Source: Octopus vulgaris | Lineage: Eukaryota | Direction: 5' to 3' | Assembly (NCBI GenBank): GCA_951406725.2 | Contig: OX597822.1 | Location: forward strand, 58,032,001-58,096,000 | DNA: 64,000 nt | Shown here: one piece after another, positions 38,244 to 50,999 of the stretch | Layout of the letters: every line of letters begins with the position of its first letter | How positions within the stretch are numbered: the first letter of the stretch is position 1 | The notes under the pieces: generated by a model | What the model was told of the DNA's origin: nothing | Databases searched by the model: none | The model's input: the letters and a program-made list of their open reading frames with translations, nothing else | Position numbers and translations under genes: made by a program

Positions 38244-40763
38244 ATACATATATATTAGTCGAAGAATGTAAATACCTTATGGCATTTAATATTGAGTTAC
38301 CTCTCAGACACCAAAGAACATTTAGACATTTGAAACCAGTAAAAATAATTTTAAAAAAGGCGATAAGAATGTGATTTGTGTAAAGTAATTTATCTAAAAT
38401 ATTTTTTAAATATATTAAAATATTGTGGAAATCGCCGATATTCAATGGTTTTCTTCTTCAATTACGTCCCTTTGTTTCTCCTTTTCGATTTCTGAAATAT
38501 ATAATTTTGATTATAATTGCGTGTTAAACGAAATTCTTGAAAAAATAACGCGAAAGTTATCACCTTACATTATCAGAAGAAAACGATTTGATCGAGGATT
38601 TAAAAAAATAAATAAATACAGAACAAAAAAAGATTTATTTTATGGGGATTCTTTCCCTTATATTGTGTCGTTCGTCAAAGAAGCTGCTGTAACCCTATAC
38701 TGTAAAAGTAAAGTAATACTCCATTCCCATTGAAATAAAAGTATTAATACCAAAAGCTAATCTTTTTATTCAACTTGACATAGATGCTTTGATAACATAC
38801 CGAATACTGCGCTATTAACTTTGAGAGAATCTCTCTCATAGGCGCTTGCGGCATAAATGCACGCAGATAGATTGTAGCAGGCGAGAATGGTAAATCATAA
38901 AATTTAGACTTGTAAGTTCTGATATTTTGGATACTAACTTTCCTTTGAACTAGCCATAATTGTTTGCTTGATTGAAGTGCAGCATATTATTATTATCGAG
39001 TAATTCTAAGAGCATCGACATAACTACGGTTTGTTCAGCCACCACTAACCCGACTTTGTCTTTTCAAAACATTTCGAAAAATGCATGAAATTTTGCTGGA
39101 ATAAGTTTTCGATGGTAAACGTTAGGATTTTTTGGGTGGGCGATTGATTTTCGACGTTGTTGTTTTATAACTCCTTAAAATGCATATTTTAAATGGCATT
39201 TGACAGAAATACCTTTACGAGAGTGTAGATAACGAAATGCTGATATTTCAATAATAATGGTGAGGGGCGAAAGTTTTTTTTTGTGTGTGTGTGTGGTTTT
39301 TGCATTAAAGTCAGCAGAGGGAGAAAGAATGATCCAAAACTACCCCAAAGAATTTTATTTTGAATTTTATCAACAGGTGCATGCATAGGCTGTGTGGTTA
39401 AGAAGCCTGGTTTTCAACCATGTAGTTCTAGGTTCATTCCCACTGCTGTACCTTGGGCAAGCATACTTTACTACAGACTCAGCCCAACCAATCGTTTATG
39501 GATAAATTTGAGATACAGAAACTGTAAAGAAGCTTGTGAGTGTGTGTGTCTTTGTCACCCATCCCTGGGAAATGATGGAAACCCTTACTTCACATTGTTG
39601 CTCAAGCTATTTGCAATAGAAGCCAAATTTCTGTCAAGACAGACACTACTGTTTTATATAAGAAAAAAGGCACATTAAATAAAATAGTTCTATTAACTTA
39701 CTCTTATAAGAGTATTAAAATTGCTTTCCAGAATAAAATTATGAACTTAAAGAATGTACTTTTCTTCATCTTGTATTTCCCAAAATGACATCATATTGGA
39801 CTAAAAAAAAAGTTATAAGTTCTAGTTTGAAATTCAGAAATCCTCTTCTTCCTTACTCACGGACCTTGATTTATTAAGTCGATTTTATGTACTTTATTTC
39901 AAAATCTATTGCAGTTTGTTGCACACATACTATGGCACTGGCTCCTAAGCTCTGTAGGCCTTGTTTAAACCCTCCTCCAAATAATGTAAATTTGTAAAAT
40001 GTAGGTAAAACAAATCAGCCATAGCAGGATCTGAATTTAATTTCTAAAGCAACTAGTCAATTCAATCAGTACAATTGATTCTCTAACAATATGTCATTCA
40101 TTTTGTATTAAATAGTGCTGACAGAAAGTCAAGTAGTGTCTTGCTCAAGGATGTATAAGTACATTAAGTTTTGCAGTGTCAGTAATAATCAATTAATTCC
40201 TCTCATAACTTGGACATACACTCATTTCATGTGGCTGAGGCCTTTTTGACTATATGGTTTCTGCACCTATAATCTTCACCCTTTTAATTAATCTATAAAA
40301 TGGAGAAAATAACTGCCATTTATTTTCCCCAATATTGAGGTACATCAATGAATGGTAGTTCAATATCTTTTCTTTCCAACTATTTAGCCAAACTTTGTCT
40401 TTTTTTAATCTCCCACATCACAATTAGAAACACCTATTTTATTTTTAAACAATCTTGTTTGATACTCATTTATCTAACCATAAAGTTTTCCAAGAATAAT
40501 TTTCTTTATTTTACTAATTTCTTGGATTAATATAATCAGTGCTTTTTCACTATCTTGACCCATTAATATACTTAGAAAGACATGAATATTGCAATGCTTC
40601 AGATTCCTGTATTATATTTTGGCAAGGATCATGGTTTATACACAAAAATGAAAAAGGAATCAAGCTGCCTGCTTAATGTTCAAATTTTTTTTTTCCATTC
40701 CACCAAGATCGATAAAATATCAAGTTGCTATTAATCAACTTAATCCCCACTTTCTTCACTCTG

Positions 40764-40852
40764 TCAGATTGAAATTGTTTTACCTTGATTTTTTAGCTCC
40801 AGTGCTTTTTTCCTAGCCAAATTTTTCTTATGTTTGCGGCTTGCCATATGCA
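40764..40852 (-). CDS. TRIT1: tRNA dimethylallyltransferase, probable last coding exon (end of zinc finger)
   Basis: Acceptor ctttattttcAG, phase 1. Encodes (M)HMASRKHKKNLARKKALELKNQGKTISI*, completing C-x2-C...H-x5-H. An alternative donor is possible at 40783. Confidence 0.85.
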
Positions 40853-42508
40853 CTGAAAATAAAGCACAAACATTATAGATATTTGTCATAATATTTCAGT
40901 ACAAGGTAGCTATTTATCTCCTCTCTCTCTCTATGTGTGTGTGCACTTACATCAGAAGATAAATAGCTACATTGTTACTTGGGTTCTAGTGTGTCCTGAT
41001 CATTTGCTGAACCCTTAATCTTGTATAAATTTCCATTACACAATATAATTTGTACCTATCTCTGTAGATATATGTACATGTGTACAGTTGGTATATTTGT
41101 AGATAACTCAGATGTGATGTATAATATGAAAATTAGTATCCATTTCTTTGCAGAGTGTAGTTTCAATCAATGAACCTCTGGGTTTATGGGCTCAGCATGC
41201 TTTCACTCTACTCAAGAGTGACCAAGCAAATATATAATACATTATTTCTTTACTTGTACATTCTGCATTGCATTACTTGTAATATATCATACATCATTTA
41301 TTAATTCTTTATTTCTATGCATTGGGCTGTGTCAAATGTATGAAATATAGTAACAATACACGTTGCAGGACTGGGACATTAATTTACTTATTGAAAAGTG
41401 ATATTTCACTCTATGGATACTCTGAGAGTGACATTTGACAAGCCACATAGATCAGAGATGCAAATTTTTCTAGATTTCTCTTTTGCCATTTTCAGATCTG
41501 CTACAAGAAAATCAGTTCTATAAATGTTTTCCAGGGCAGCACAGCACAGCAAGTGAGCATGCTAATTTCCTATTATAGTAGCTATAGGAACACAAATATA
41601 ATATTCCTTTCTACTATAGGTGCAAGGCCTGAAATTTTGGGTGATGTGGTTAGTCAATTACATCGACTCCAGTGCTCAACTGGCATTTATCTTATTGACT
41701 CTGAAGGGATGAAAGGCAAAGTTGACCTTGCTAGAATTTGAACCCAGAACATAAAAACAAATGAAATGTTGCTAAGCTTTTGTCTGGCATACTAACAATT
41801 CTGCCAGCTTGCTGCCTTAAATACAAATATAATATTGATTTCAAATTGTAGCACCAGGTCAGCAATTTTGGGACAGGGAGTAAGTCAATTACATCAACCC
41901 CAGTACTCAATTGGTACTTGTTTTGACCCTGAAGAGATAAAAGGCAGAATTTGAATTCAGAATGTAAAGACAGATGGAATGCTGCTAAGCTTTTGTCTGG
42001 CACACTAATGATTCTGTCATCTTGCTGCCTTAAACACAAATGTAATATTATGAAATATGTGTTCTTGTAGAAATGTATATGCACAAAGTAAGTACATTTT
42101 GCCATTTCATCGTTTCTCTTTTACATTTTACTTCTGAATTGTTTTAACATGTTAGTAAAATAGGAAACAACCAGACCATATTCATCATTTTGAATACGCT
42201 GCTTTTTGTTTCAATTGCTTTTGAAAATAATGAAGAATTTAGTAAAACAACTCATTTATGAAATTGGTGTTTGGATCATAAGTTAACAGGGAGTTCTGAT
42301 TGCAGGTTTTAACAGGCATTTTTTATCATCCTTGTTGTCGCTGTAGTGTTACAACAAAACTGCGAGTAAATTTATTAATTAATGGAAAACCATAATTTAT
42401 TTTGGTTTGTATCCCTACATTCTCCTTACTTCAACAATTTGATTATATAGCATCATTGTTGATGGTGTTCCAGGGGAAGAATAGAGGAGAGAAAGAGAAT
42501 AAACTTAC

Positions 42509-42626
42509 TCTTGAAATCCTTTTCTGTAACTAATATAATTCCATCACATATATCACAAACATTTAACACATGTTTATTCTTAGGCTCTTGTAGATGGGGT
42601 GCAGTTGGAATTGCTGGTAATTCATC
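42509..42626 (-). CDS. TRIT1: tRNA dimethylallyltransferase exon (start of zinc finger)
   Basis: ttttcttctctgcAG|...|GTAAGT. DELPAIPTAPHLQEPKNKHVLNVCDICDGIILVTEKDFK resembles human NKRSYHLCDLCDRII. Splice phases match neighbouring exons. Confidence 0.88.
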
Positions 42627-43139
42627 CTGCAGAGAAGAAAATTCATCGAGGAGTCTTAGAACAATTTTGTTAAACATTGCTGATTAATAATCTATTGACA
42701 TGCATAAACGTTCATATTTCTGTTTAATATAGTTTTACAAAATGTTGATTAGAGAGGGTTATTGTCAAAGCAGATAGTGTAGTTTCTTGAACAACTGGTA
42801 ATGAACAGAAATACATGTATTTTTATGTTAATGTACTACTGTTACAATGTTTTGAAAATTTAAAGATATTTGCAAAGCTCTGCTGGGTTGTCAGATAATT
42901 TTTTTTTCTGTTTATCTTAATCCTTTTCAGTGTTTTCTAAATTAAAATGAAAAATATCTTTGTCTAAGTGCTTTATGGATTTTTTGTTTGTTTTGTAGCT
43001 CTACTCTTTCTCTAACACTTTTGTTTGTCATTTTTGAAGTTTGAATAAATTTTACTAGATTGAAATTAAGCTGGCCAATCTCTAATCTCTCTTTTTTAAA
43101 TAAAGATATTGATTGTAAAAATTTGTATATAGTAAGTAT

Positions 43140-43553
43140 AGGTGCAAACATAGCTGGGTGGTAAGAAGTTTGCTTCCCAACGAGATGGTTCTGGGTTCAG
43201 TTCTACTGTATGGTACCTTAGGCAAGTGTCTTCTGCTATAGCCCCAGGCTGATGAAAGTCTTGTGAGTGGATTTGGTAGACAGAAACTAAAAGAAGCCTG
43301 TCTTATGCCTGTCTGTCTGTGCATATTCTCCTTGCCTTGACATGGTGCAATAATTGCGTCACAATTGTGCAAGTAGCGACCTGTTTCCAATCTTTTGTAA
43401 AAATATGTTTGGCCATGGGGAAATATTACCCTACTTGGAAATAGGTGAGGGTTGGTGACAGGAAGAGCATCCGGCTATAGAAAATCTGCCACAACAAATT
43501 CTGTCCAACCCATGCAAGCATGGAAAAGTGAATGAAAATGAAATGATGATGAA
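43140..43553 (+). mobile_element. Family A-headed SINE with RTE-like 3' tail
   Basis: tRNA/CORE head; tail ...ccaacccatgcaagcatggaaaag...gatgatg is shared with the RTE LINE 3' end at 13349. Confidence 0.75.
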
Positions 43554-44368
43554 ATACTAGACTATATAAGTACTGGTATGATTGATATGAAAGTATTTTT
43601 TACATCATAACTGCAGCCTAATTAATGAAGGCCATCATTAATTACATCAGGTCCTTAGTGTTTGATATTCTGTGGCTGATTTATCTTCTTGAATCTTAAA
43701 AAGGGAGTACTTTTAGTAAGTAGTTCACAAATTGATCAAAATTCAGACACACATTCACCATTGTCAGCAAAAGTAATTACGTTTGTGACATTAATAATAT
43801 TTGTTATTACTAGTTATAACATTAAAAAAAAAAAAACTTCTTTCTAGACCTTACTCTAGTTGTAGTCAGATCTTGAAAGATAAAAACTGTTCCTTAAACA
43901 AAAAGAAAAACAGGACACAAGAGGGGTAAACGGAAACTGAAACAAGCCTGTTTATGTGTGTGTTGCTATCTCCTTGCCTTGGCATCGCGTGATAGTTGTA
44001 AACGAATCTCACCGTCATGCAAATAGTGTCCTTCGTTTCATATCTTCTGTGAACATACGTCTGGTCATGAAGAAATATTACCTAACTTGGAAAAAGGTGA
44101 GAGCTGGCGACAGAAAGAACATCTGGCCGTAGAAAATCCACTCAACAAATTCCGCCCGATCCACACGAACATGGAAAAGTGGACGTGAAAACGATAATGA
44201 TGATAAAAATAAAATATTCCTCGGAGTATAGAAATATTGCGAGTGAGTTGTGTAATATGTTTGCGCTGTAAAATAGAACAACCACTGTAATAAAGAAGCT
44301 CGGTTATAGTTTTCTATATAACCCAAATTTTAGATACAGAAATGTGTACAGCTATATGCAACAATAAT

Positions 44369-44734
44369 GTTTTCTACTCAAGGCACAAGGCCCGAAATTT
44401 TGGGGGAGGGGGCTAGTCGATTAGATCGACTCCAATACGCAACTGGTACTTAATTTATCGAAAGGATGAAAGGCAAAGTCGACCTCGGCGGAATTTGAAC
44501 TCAACGTAACGGCAGACGAAATACCTATTTCTTTACTACCCAGAAGGGGCTAAACACAGAGGGGACAGACAAACGGACTCCAGTGCGTAACTGGTACTTA
44601 ATTTACCAACCCCGAAAGGATGAAAGGCAAAGTCGACCTCGGCGGAATTTGAACTCACAACGTAACGACAGACGAAATACCGCTAAGCATTTCGCCCGGC
44701 GTGCTTAACGATTCTGCCAGCTCGCCGCTTTTAT
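44369..44734 (-). mobile_element. Dimeric family B SINE with 18-bp TSD
   Basis: TSD gctatatgcaacaataat at 44351-44368 and 44735-44752; two central domains. Confidence 0.9.
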
Positions 44735-45405
44735 GCTATATGCAACAATAATACAACTGAATATAATCGGCGATTGCAGATCAGCAAAGTGATGCAAGGG
44801 ACACAACTCTAAACTACAACTATATTATCAAGTAACTATATTTCATAGAAATGATCTCAACAAGGTCACTTCCCAGAATGTTTGGAAATAAGACAATTTA
44901 ATAATAGGCGCAGGCGTTGCTATGTAGTAGGAAGTTTGTATTCAACTACATCGTTCCAGGTTCAGTCATACTGCGTGGCACCTTGGGCAAGTGTCTTCTA
45001 TTGAATCCCCGGGCAGACGTAAGCCATGGGACTGGATTTGATAGACAAAAACAGAAAGACCCTCATCCTATGTATATGTATGTATTTGTATATATTTATG
45101 TGCGTAAGACTTGGTGTTTGTCTCCCACCACTGCTTGATAACTGGTGGTGGTTTGTTTACATCCTCGTAAGTTAGTGGCTCGGCAGGCGAGAACGAAAGA
45201 ATAAGTATGGGGGTCGGTTCGTTCGACTAAAAAGTCTTCCAACATGCCCCAGCATGGCCGCACTCTAAAGATCGAAACAAATGACAAAAAAGATATTTAT
45301 TACTGCACAATTTTATATTTTAAAACTGGTTACACAATAGTTACTGTTAAGTATAGAGTTATCCCCCTTGTACAATTATCAGCGGCATCAGACAAAATAA
45401 ATTAG

Positions 45406-45761
45406 TTAAGAGCACAAACCTCCGCCAAGGCGACACCAACGTCCTCTCAACAATTAGCCAGAGATGATTTTTAAAATGAGAATATCTGAATATCTGCTCT
45501 CACAAACGAGAATACTAAAAATGAACCCGACCGCTCCCAAAAATTAAGTAGAAAAAACCCCCAAAGAAACAGGAAAATATATAATCCAAAATCCTTGTCC
45601 GGTGCCGGATCGATCCCAAAATCTAATCAGTTCGTGCCAGTCACGAGGCCAAACATCTCTGAAAGTTTCATCCAAATCCATCTTGCGGTTCTTGAGATAT
45701 CTTGTCCATTGACAAACAAACACGACTGAAAACAATACCTCCGCCTTTGCTAAGGTAATAA
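45406..45761 (-). mobile_element. Non-autonomous Helentron/HINE-like element
   Basis: acctccgcc motif near both ends, microsatellite-like gacaaacaaac, and a 'tttcatccaaatcc' core typical of DINE/HINE elements. Confidence 0.6.
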
Positions 45762-45848
45762 AGAAAGCATTTACGAACACCAAAACGTAGTTTTGTACTG
45801 TTCAGTTTACCATGGATAAATCTCCAAATTTAAGCATCTTGTACTTAC

Positions 45849-45958
45849 CTTCATCATAGCTTGTAGAACTTCCACAGCTGGGTTGTGAACTTTGTTTTGC
45901 CAGTGGGTAACATCTGTTGCATCAAGTGCATAGACTGGTGGAGTATTATCAGGTGAAC
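45849..45958 (-). CDS. TRIT1: tRNA dimethylallyltransferase exon
   Basis: tatttacatAG|...AAG|GTAAGT. (R)SPDNTPPVYALDATDVTHWQNKVHNPAVEVLQAMMK resembles human [28 protein letters not shown]. Confidence 0.9.
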
Positions 45959-46088
45959 CTATGTAAATAGTGTTAATAATAATAATAATGGTTTCAAATT
46001 TTGGCACAAAGCCAGGAATTTTAGGGGGGAGGGTTATACAAACGATTCTACCAGCACACCACATTAATAGTAGTTATTATTGTTTCTA

Positions 46089-46373
46089 AAGCACCACCGA
46101 TTGTGACTGTTGCCAGCCTCGTCTGGCCCCCGTGCCGGTGGCACGAAAAAAGCACCATCCGATCGTGGCCGTTTACCAGCCTCGTCTGGCACCTGTGCAG
46201 GTGGTACGTAAAAAGCACCCACTACACTCACAGAGTGGTTGGTGTTAGGAAGGGCATCCAGCTGTAGAAACACTGCCAGATGAGACTGGGCCTGGCACAG
46301 CCTTCTGGCTTCCCAGACCCCAGTTGAACCGTCCAACCCATGCTAGCATGGAAAACGGACGTTAAACGATGAT
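46089..46373 (+). mobile_element. RTE LINE 3' UTR fragment
   Basis: Reverse complement of 13349-13640, including repeat units and the gatgat tail. Confidence 0.88.
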
Positions 46374-48364
46374 ACTTTGCTGGAATTTGTAGGAAGGGAA
46401 TTAGTTGATTAAATCAACCCTGATACTAGAATAGTGCTCATTTCTGAGGTTACAAAAATGATACAGAAATAAGCATTACAACCTTTATCTCAGTAATTGT
46501 TTCAACACCACGTTTCTAGTGAAAACCCCACCAGCAATGAGTTCGCCTTGTTTTGGATGGTCTGTGTCAGTATTAACCATTATTCTTCCATTCTTCTCCT
46601 CGATGTTCTCTCTGTTTTGATTTCTCTCCTTTGCGCTTGCTTCCACTTCCATTTCATCTTGTTGCCTTTGCGATGCTCTTGTTTGTAGATATTCTCTCCT
46701 CTCTGCCGCTTGCTCTTCCATTTCATCTTGGTGCTTTTGTGTTGCTCTCTCTCTCTCTTTGAATATCTCTCCTTTGTGCACTTAGGTGCTCCTTTTCATC
46801 ATCTCTCTTATCTCACTTCTTGTGATTGATTCAATAACCTTAATGTATTGTTTAATCTTCTTGTGTCCAGTTCTTCCCATGTGAGACTGGCTGTCGCCTT
46901 CTGTCTGATTCATTCTCCATAGCAGGTGGATGAGTATATTTAATACAATGGAACACAAACTTCAAAACAAATTAGTATATTGTGTGCGTATGTGTACGTT
47001 AGTTTGTTTATATACAAAGTCCAAAATTACACAGGATTACATTAACAGCATACACATATAGACTTATATTTTTTCCAGGAACAGCTACATGCTTTCTATC
47101 TCTGTCTGTCATTCTCTCTTGCTCTCTTTACTGCCTGAAACGGAAAAAGATCTTGAAGACAAATTTCACTGCCTTAGCAAAATTCTTCATTCATAAATAT
47201 TTACAAACATCACTCTATCGGCAAGTATTTGTAAATATTTATAATTACCTTCCTTTTATATTTAGCTTCCTTTAAACAGACAATATTATCAAGCTTTCTT
47301 TCAATAGACAATATTCTAATTCTATGACTTAAAAATTACTACTTATTTACTTATTTTATATTCTATTAACTTTGCAACTTTTTAAGCAGAAAATATTCCA
47401 GAATAGTCAAACATCCATAGAGATACAGAAAAAATATTTTTGAGGTGCAAAAATCTTATTTACTTATATATTATTATTAATGTTTACCAGAAAAAAAATC
47501 CGCGAAAATGTTGTTCAGAGAGAGTGTGTGTGTGTGTGTAGATAGAGAGATAACGTTCATCAATAGAGTGAAAAGGTATTTGTTGAGAGAGAGAGAGAGA
47601 GTGTGCGAGAGGCACTGTTTGATACCACTCCCTCTCTCATTGTTATCATGATTTTGTCTCTTCTCTTTTTTTACTCTTACTTAGACTGATACTTCCCTTC
47701 GGGACAAACTTACAAACAAGCTCATTATTATAATAGTTGATACAACACCATATTAGAAACACTGCCTGGCTCATAGAGCCGTGATAAATACACACAGCAA
47801 AACAACTGCAATAATGATGGTCATACACATGAGTTCTTCCTATCTAGAATGTTGGGCATCTGGACTTAGCCATATTGGATCTCAGAGGAACTACAAAGTA
47901 CATTGTGGTCACAGCCCTTTCTTTTAGATGAAAACAATAGTGGTGGTGGTGGGGGGACTAAGCAGAGGCAGGATATATCTTCAGGTATGTGTCCTACTTA
48001 GTCATTTGAGTAACTAACCTACACACCTATAAATACATATTATATAGGTTTGCTCAATCAGGACTGATCCGGAGTTATACAACCTTATAACATAATGCAA
48101 TATGAAATATTCTAGGATAGAGTGAAGCGTCATTATCATTTAATGTCTGTTGTCCATGCTGGCATGAGTTGGACAGTTTGACCAGAGCTGGTAAGGTGGA
48201 TTGCTGTACTAGACTCCAGTCTGATTTGGCATGGTTTCTATGGCTGGATGTCCTTCCTAACACTAACCACTTTACAGAGTGTGTTTATTGTTTATCTCAT
48301 AAGCACTTCATCAGCAAACTCTGTGACATAGTATCTATGTTGCTATTCAATACCAACTACTTAC

Positions 48365-48442
48365 GTTTTAGAAGCCTGTTGTTCAACCAGCGAACCTGCT
48401 TTCTTGCATACTTGCGAGTCACTCTTTTTAAAGCTTCAACAC
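48365..48442 (-). CDS. TRIT1: tRNA dimethylallyltransferase exon (IPPT C-terminal motif)
   Basis: tttctttttgaacAG|...|GTAAGT. (G)VEALKRVTRKYARKQVRWLNNRLLK carries the conserved MiaA/TRIT1 T-x-x-YA-x-x-Q-x-x-W motif. Confidence 0.92.
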
Positions 48443-50434
48443 CTGTTCAAAAAGAAATATAAAAGGTAGTCAATTTAAACTTCCAAACTTTTCCTCTCAA
48501 TTCATGAAACTCAAATTCAGTTTATTTTGCAACTTCTTGGCTATATCAGTTCTCAATAAACCAAATTCTTGATCTGATTCTGAATGAAGTTTTAGAGGCA
48601 CCCCACACACAGTACTACAAAATATTTCACTCAGTGAAAGTGAACCCCTTGTTGTTACATGTTTGTCTTGTTCACTGATGTCGCTTAAGTTAAAGTACCA
48701 CACGACTACACAGCTGTGTTGTGTGTGTTTGTGTGTGTCAGTGTGAGAGAGAGAGAGAGATTGATTGACTCAGGTTGTTATTTTTAACTATTTGTAACAG
48801 AGTAGTGGGATGTGCAGCAGTGCAACCAAGTAATTTCAGATTAGCTACGGCCGTCTGTCAATGTTCACTTAAATTTCGCACGCATGAGTCAACCGACAAA
48901 CAGCAGTAAAAAAACACAAAAATCCCTTTAGAGTTACTTCCCTTTGACTATAATCGCTCTAGTGTTGCTTTCGCATTAAATACCTATTTTTATATTTATA
49001 GTTACCGAACGGTTGTCTGTAGTAATCACATTTTTAACATTAACCTTCATAAACAAATACCAGTAAAATATAATTCAGGCAAAGTGTGAGATGGTTCAAC
49101 AATGTTTTCATGGAAAGTGTTTGATGATTTAACTGGTGTCAGTTAAATCATCGAACACTTTCCTTGAAAGCATTGGTTTTTTTTTACCAAAACAGATCGA
49201 CAAAATGCTTAGTGCGGTATCTAGTAACGTACTGAGACCAAATTCCGCCGAGTTCAGCTTTGATTATCACCCTTGTAGGCGACGATAAAAATAAATTACC
49301 CCTGAACTATCAGAGACGAATTATACTCTTCTTATGCATCTTCTTGATGTAATAGTTGACGTTTCCGTCATAACAGTTGTGTGTGTGTGTGTATTTGCGT
49401 GTGCGCTTTATTGTTCCTGGGTCGGATAACTGAGTTTGCAACGCAATAAGTAAATACAGTTTCCCATTTCAATTGCCATCATTACAGTAACTTTGAAAAG
49501 GGCGTCGAATTGACAGAATAGTTAAAGCCTTGTAATGATTGTTCCTCGCAGATGTCAGTTTTACCTTTTATCCCTCCGGGCTCGATAAAGTATCTGTGAA
49601 ATAAAAAGGTTGATGGTATCGACTGACCTCTTCCCCTCAAAACTGCTGGTCTCTGAGTTAGAGACAATTATTACCGTAATTTGGTTTCAAATTTTGACAC
49701 AAAGCCAACAACTACAGGGAAGCGGGTAGGTCTATTACACTGACCCCAGTATTCAACTGATACTCAAGGCAAAGTCGACCTCGATGAAATTTGAACTCGG
49801 AACGTGATACATCATTTAATACATTAACAGCTATAACAGTATCTAAGTTAGTGTTTAATGCAGAGCGCGTCCAAAAACTAAGTAGAAATAATTACGTGGC
49901 GAAGGCAAAGCAATATTAGTCTCTAACTAAATATAATTATTTCGGCAAGTGCGAAGGATAACTTTAGGCATGTTTCGGTCTCGTGTCATCATCAACGTCA
50001 CTGTATTTGCGGAAATAGCGGTGAGAAAATCACTGATTAAATGTATAAGGTTGTACATTGGTTATTGTGTGGGATGCAGTTTTTACTCTGTGAAGTCGAA
50101 ATATCTATGAAAGATTATCAGTGACTGTAATGTAACTTTGAAGGAAGAGGTACAAGATTATACTTTGGTATGTTTAATCCGTGTGCTGCTTGAAGAGACA
50201 ATGGAAGCAGAGCAGATTGGTGTGAGTGGAGTCTCGGTTACATGTGGATAACGTCTCTGTGCAAAAGGTTAGGGAGATGTAAAAGCTAATACCGCTATCT
50301 GCTTAGAAGTGCATGTTATTGGAGATGACGATGTAGAGAATACAATGAGTTACGAGAGCAAAATTATAGGTTCCGGTCATGAAGTCAGAGTGCCGTATTA
50401 ATGTCGTTTGAAGTATAGTTGTTTTTAGTGTTTA

Positions 50435-50950
50435 CTAGCAGCATAGCCCGGTATTGCCCGGATATGTAAGAGCCCCTGGAGCAGACATGATGCTCACTGT
50501 GAATTTAAAAAAGTTCCTGCCAATTTGAGAAAGATATTGTCGAAAATATGTCATCTTGAATTTGAACGCGATTTCCCAAAATGGCATGATTTTATCAATT
50601 TTTTCTGATGGTAAGGCATTGCATGGAAAACTAACGTCAGAATTAAGTTTCTTAGGGTAACATTAAGCTTCACCATGAGTTTGGTGAAAATCGATTGCAA
50701 GTTGCGAAAACTACAACAGAAAATGTGTTGCAAATAAAAAGCTTAGATTCTCGACCCCCCATGTCGAATTTATCGATTTTTTTCAGAACTGGGGGAACTT
50801 TTCAAAATTTTCGCTGCGTTAGTTTTGAATTATGACATTGGGCTATGTGTGTGTCAAGTTTCATCAGAATCGGTTGAAAGCCGTGGTCAGGGTGAGGGTA
50901 CAACCTGACAGACACACAGATAGACAAACTGCCGTTTATATATAGAGAGA
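50435..50950 (-). mobile_element. Non-autonomous Helitron
   Basis: Minus strand A|TCTCTCTATATATAAACGGCAG...CTAG|T with subterminal hairpin ccgggcaataccgggc. Confidence 0.88.
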
Positions 50951-50999
50951 TGCTCATGTGAGGACAAACGAGCTTAACAGGAAAGAAAGATTCCACGAT

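Noticed and set aside
41400-41500. Alternative minus-strand terminal exon for TRIT1
   Set aside because: Lacks the two zinc-finger histidines, which the 40764-40852 exon supplies in the correct phase.
48497-48703. 68-aa ORF next to the TRIT1 exon as a candidate upstream exon
   Set aside because: No similarity to the expected TRIT1 sequence, ends in a stop, and has no suitable donor.
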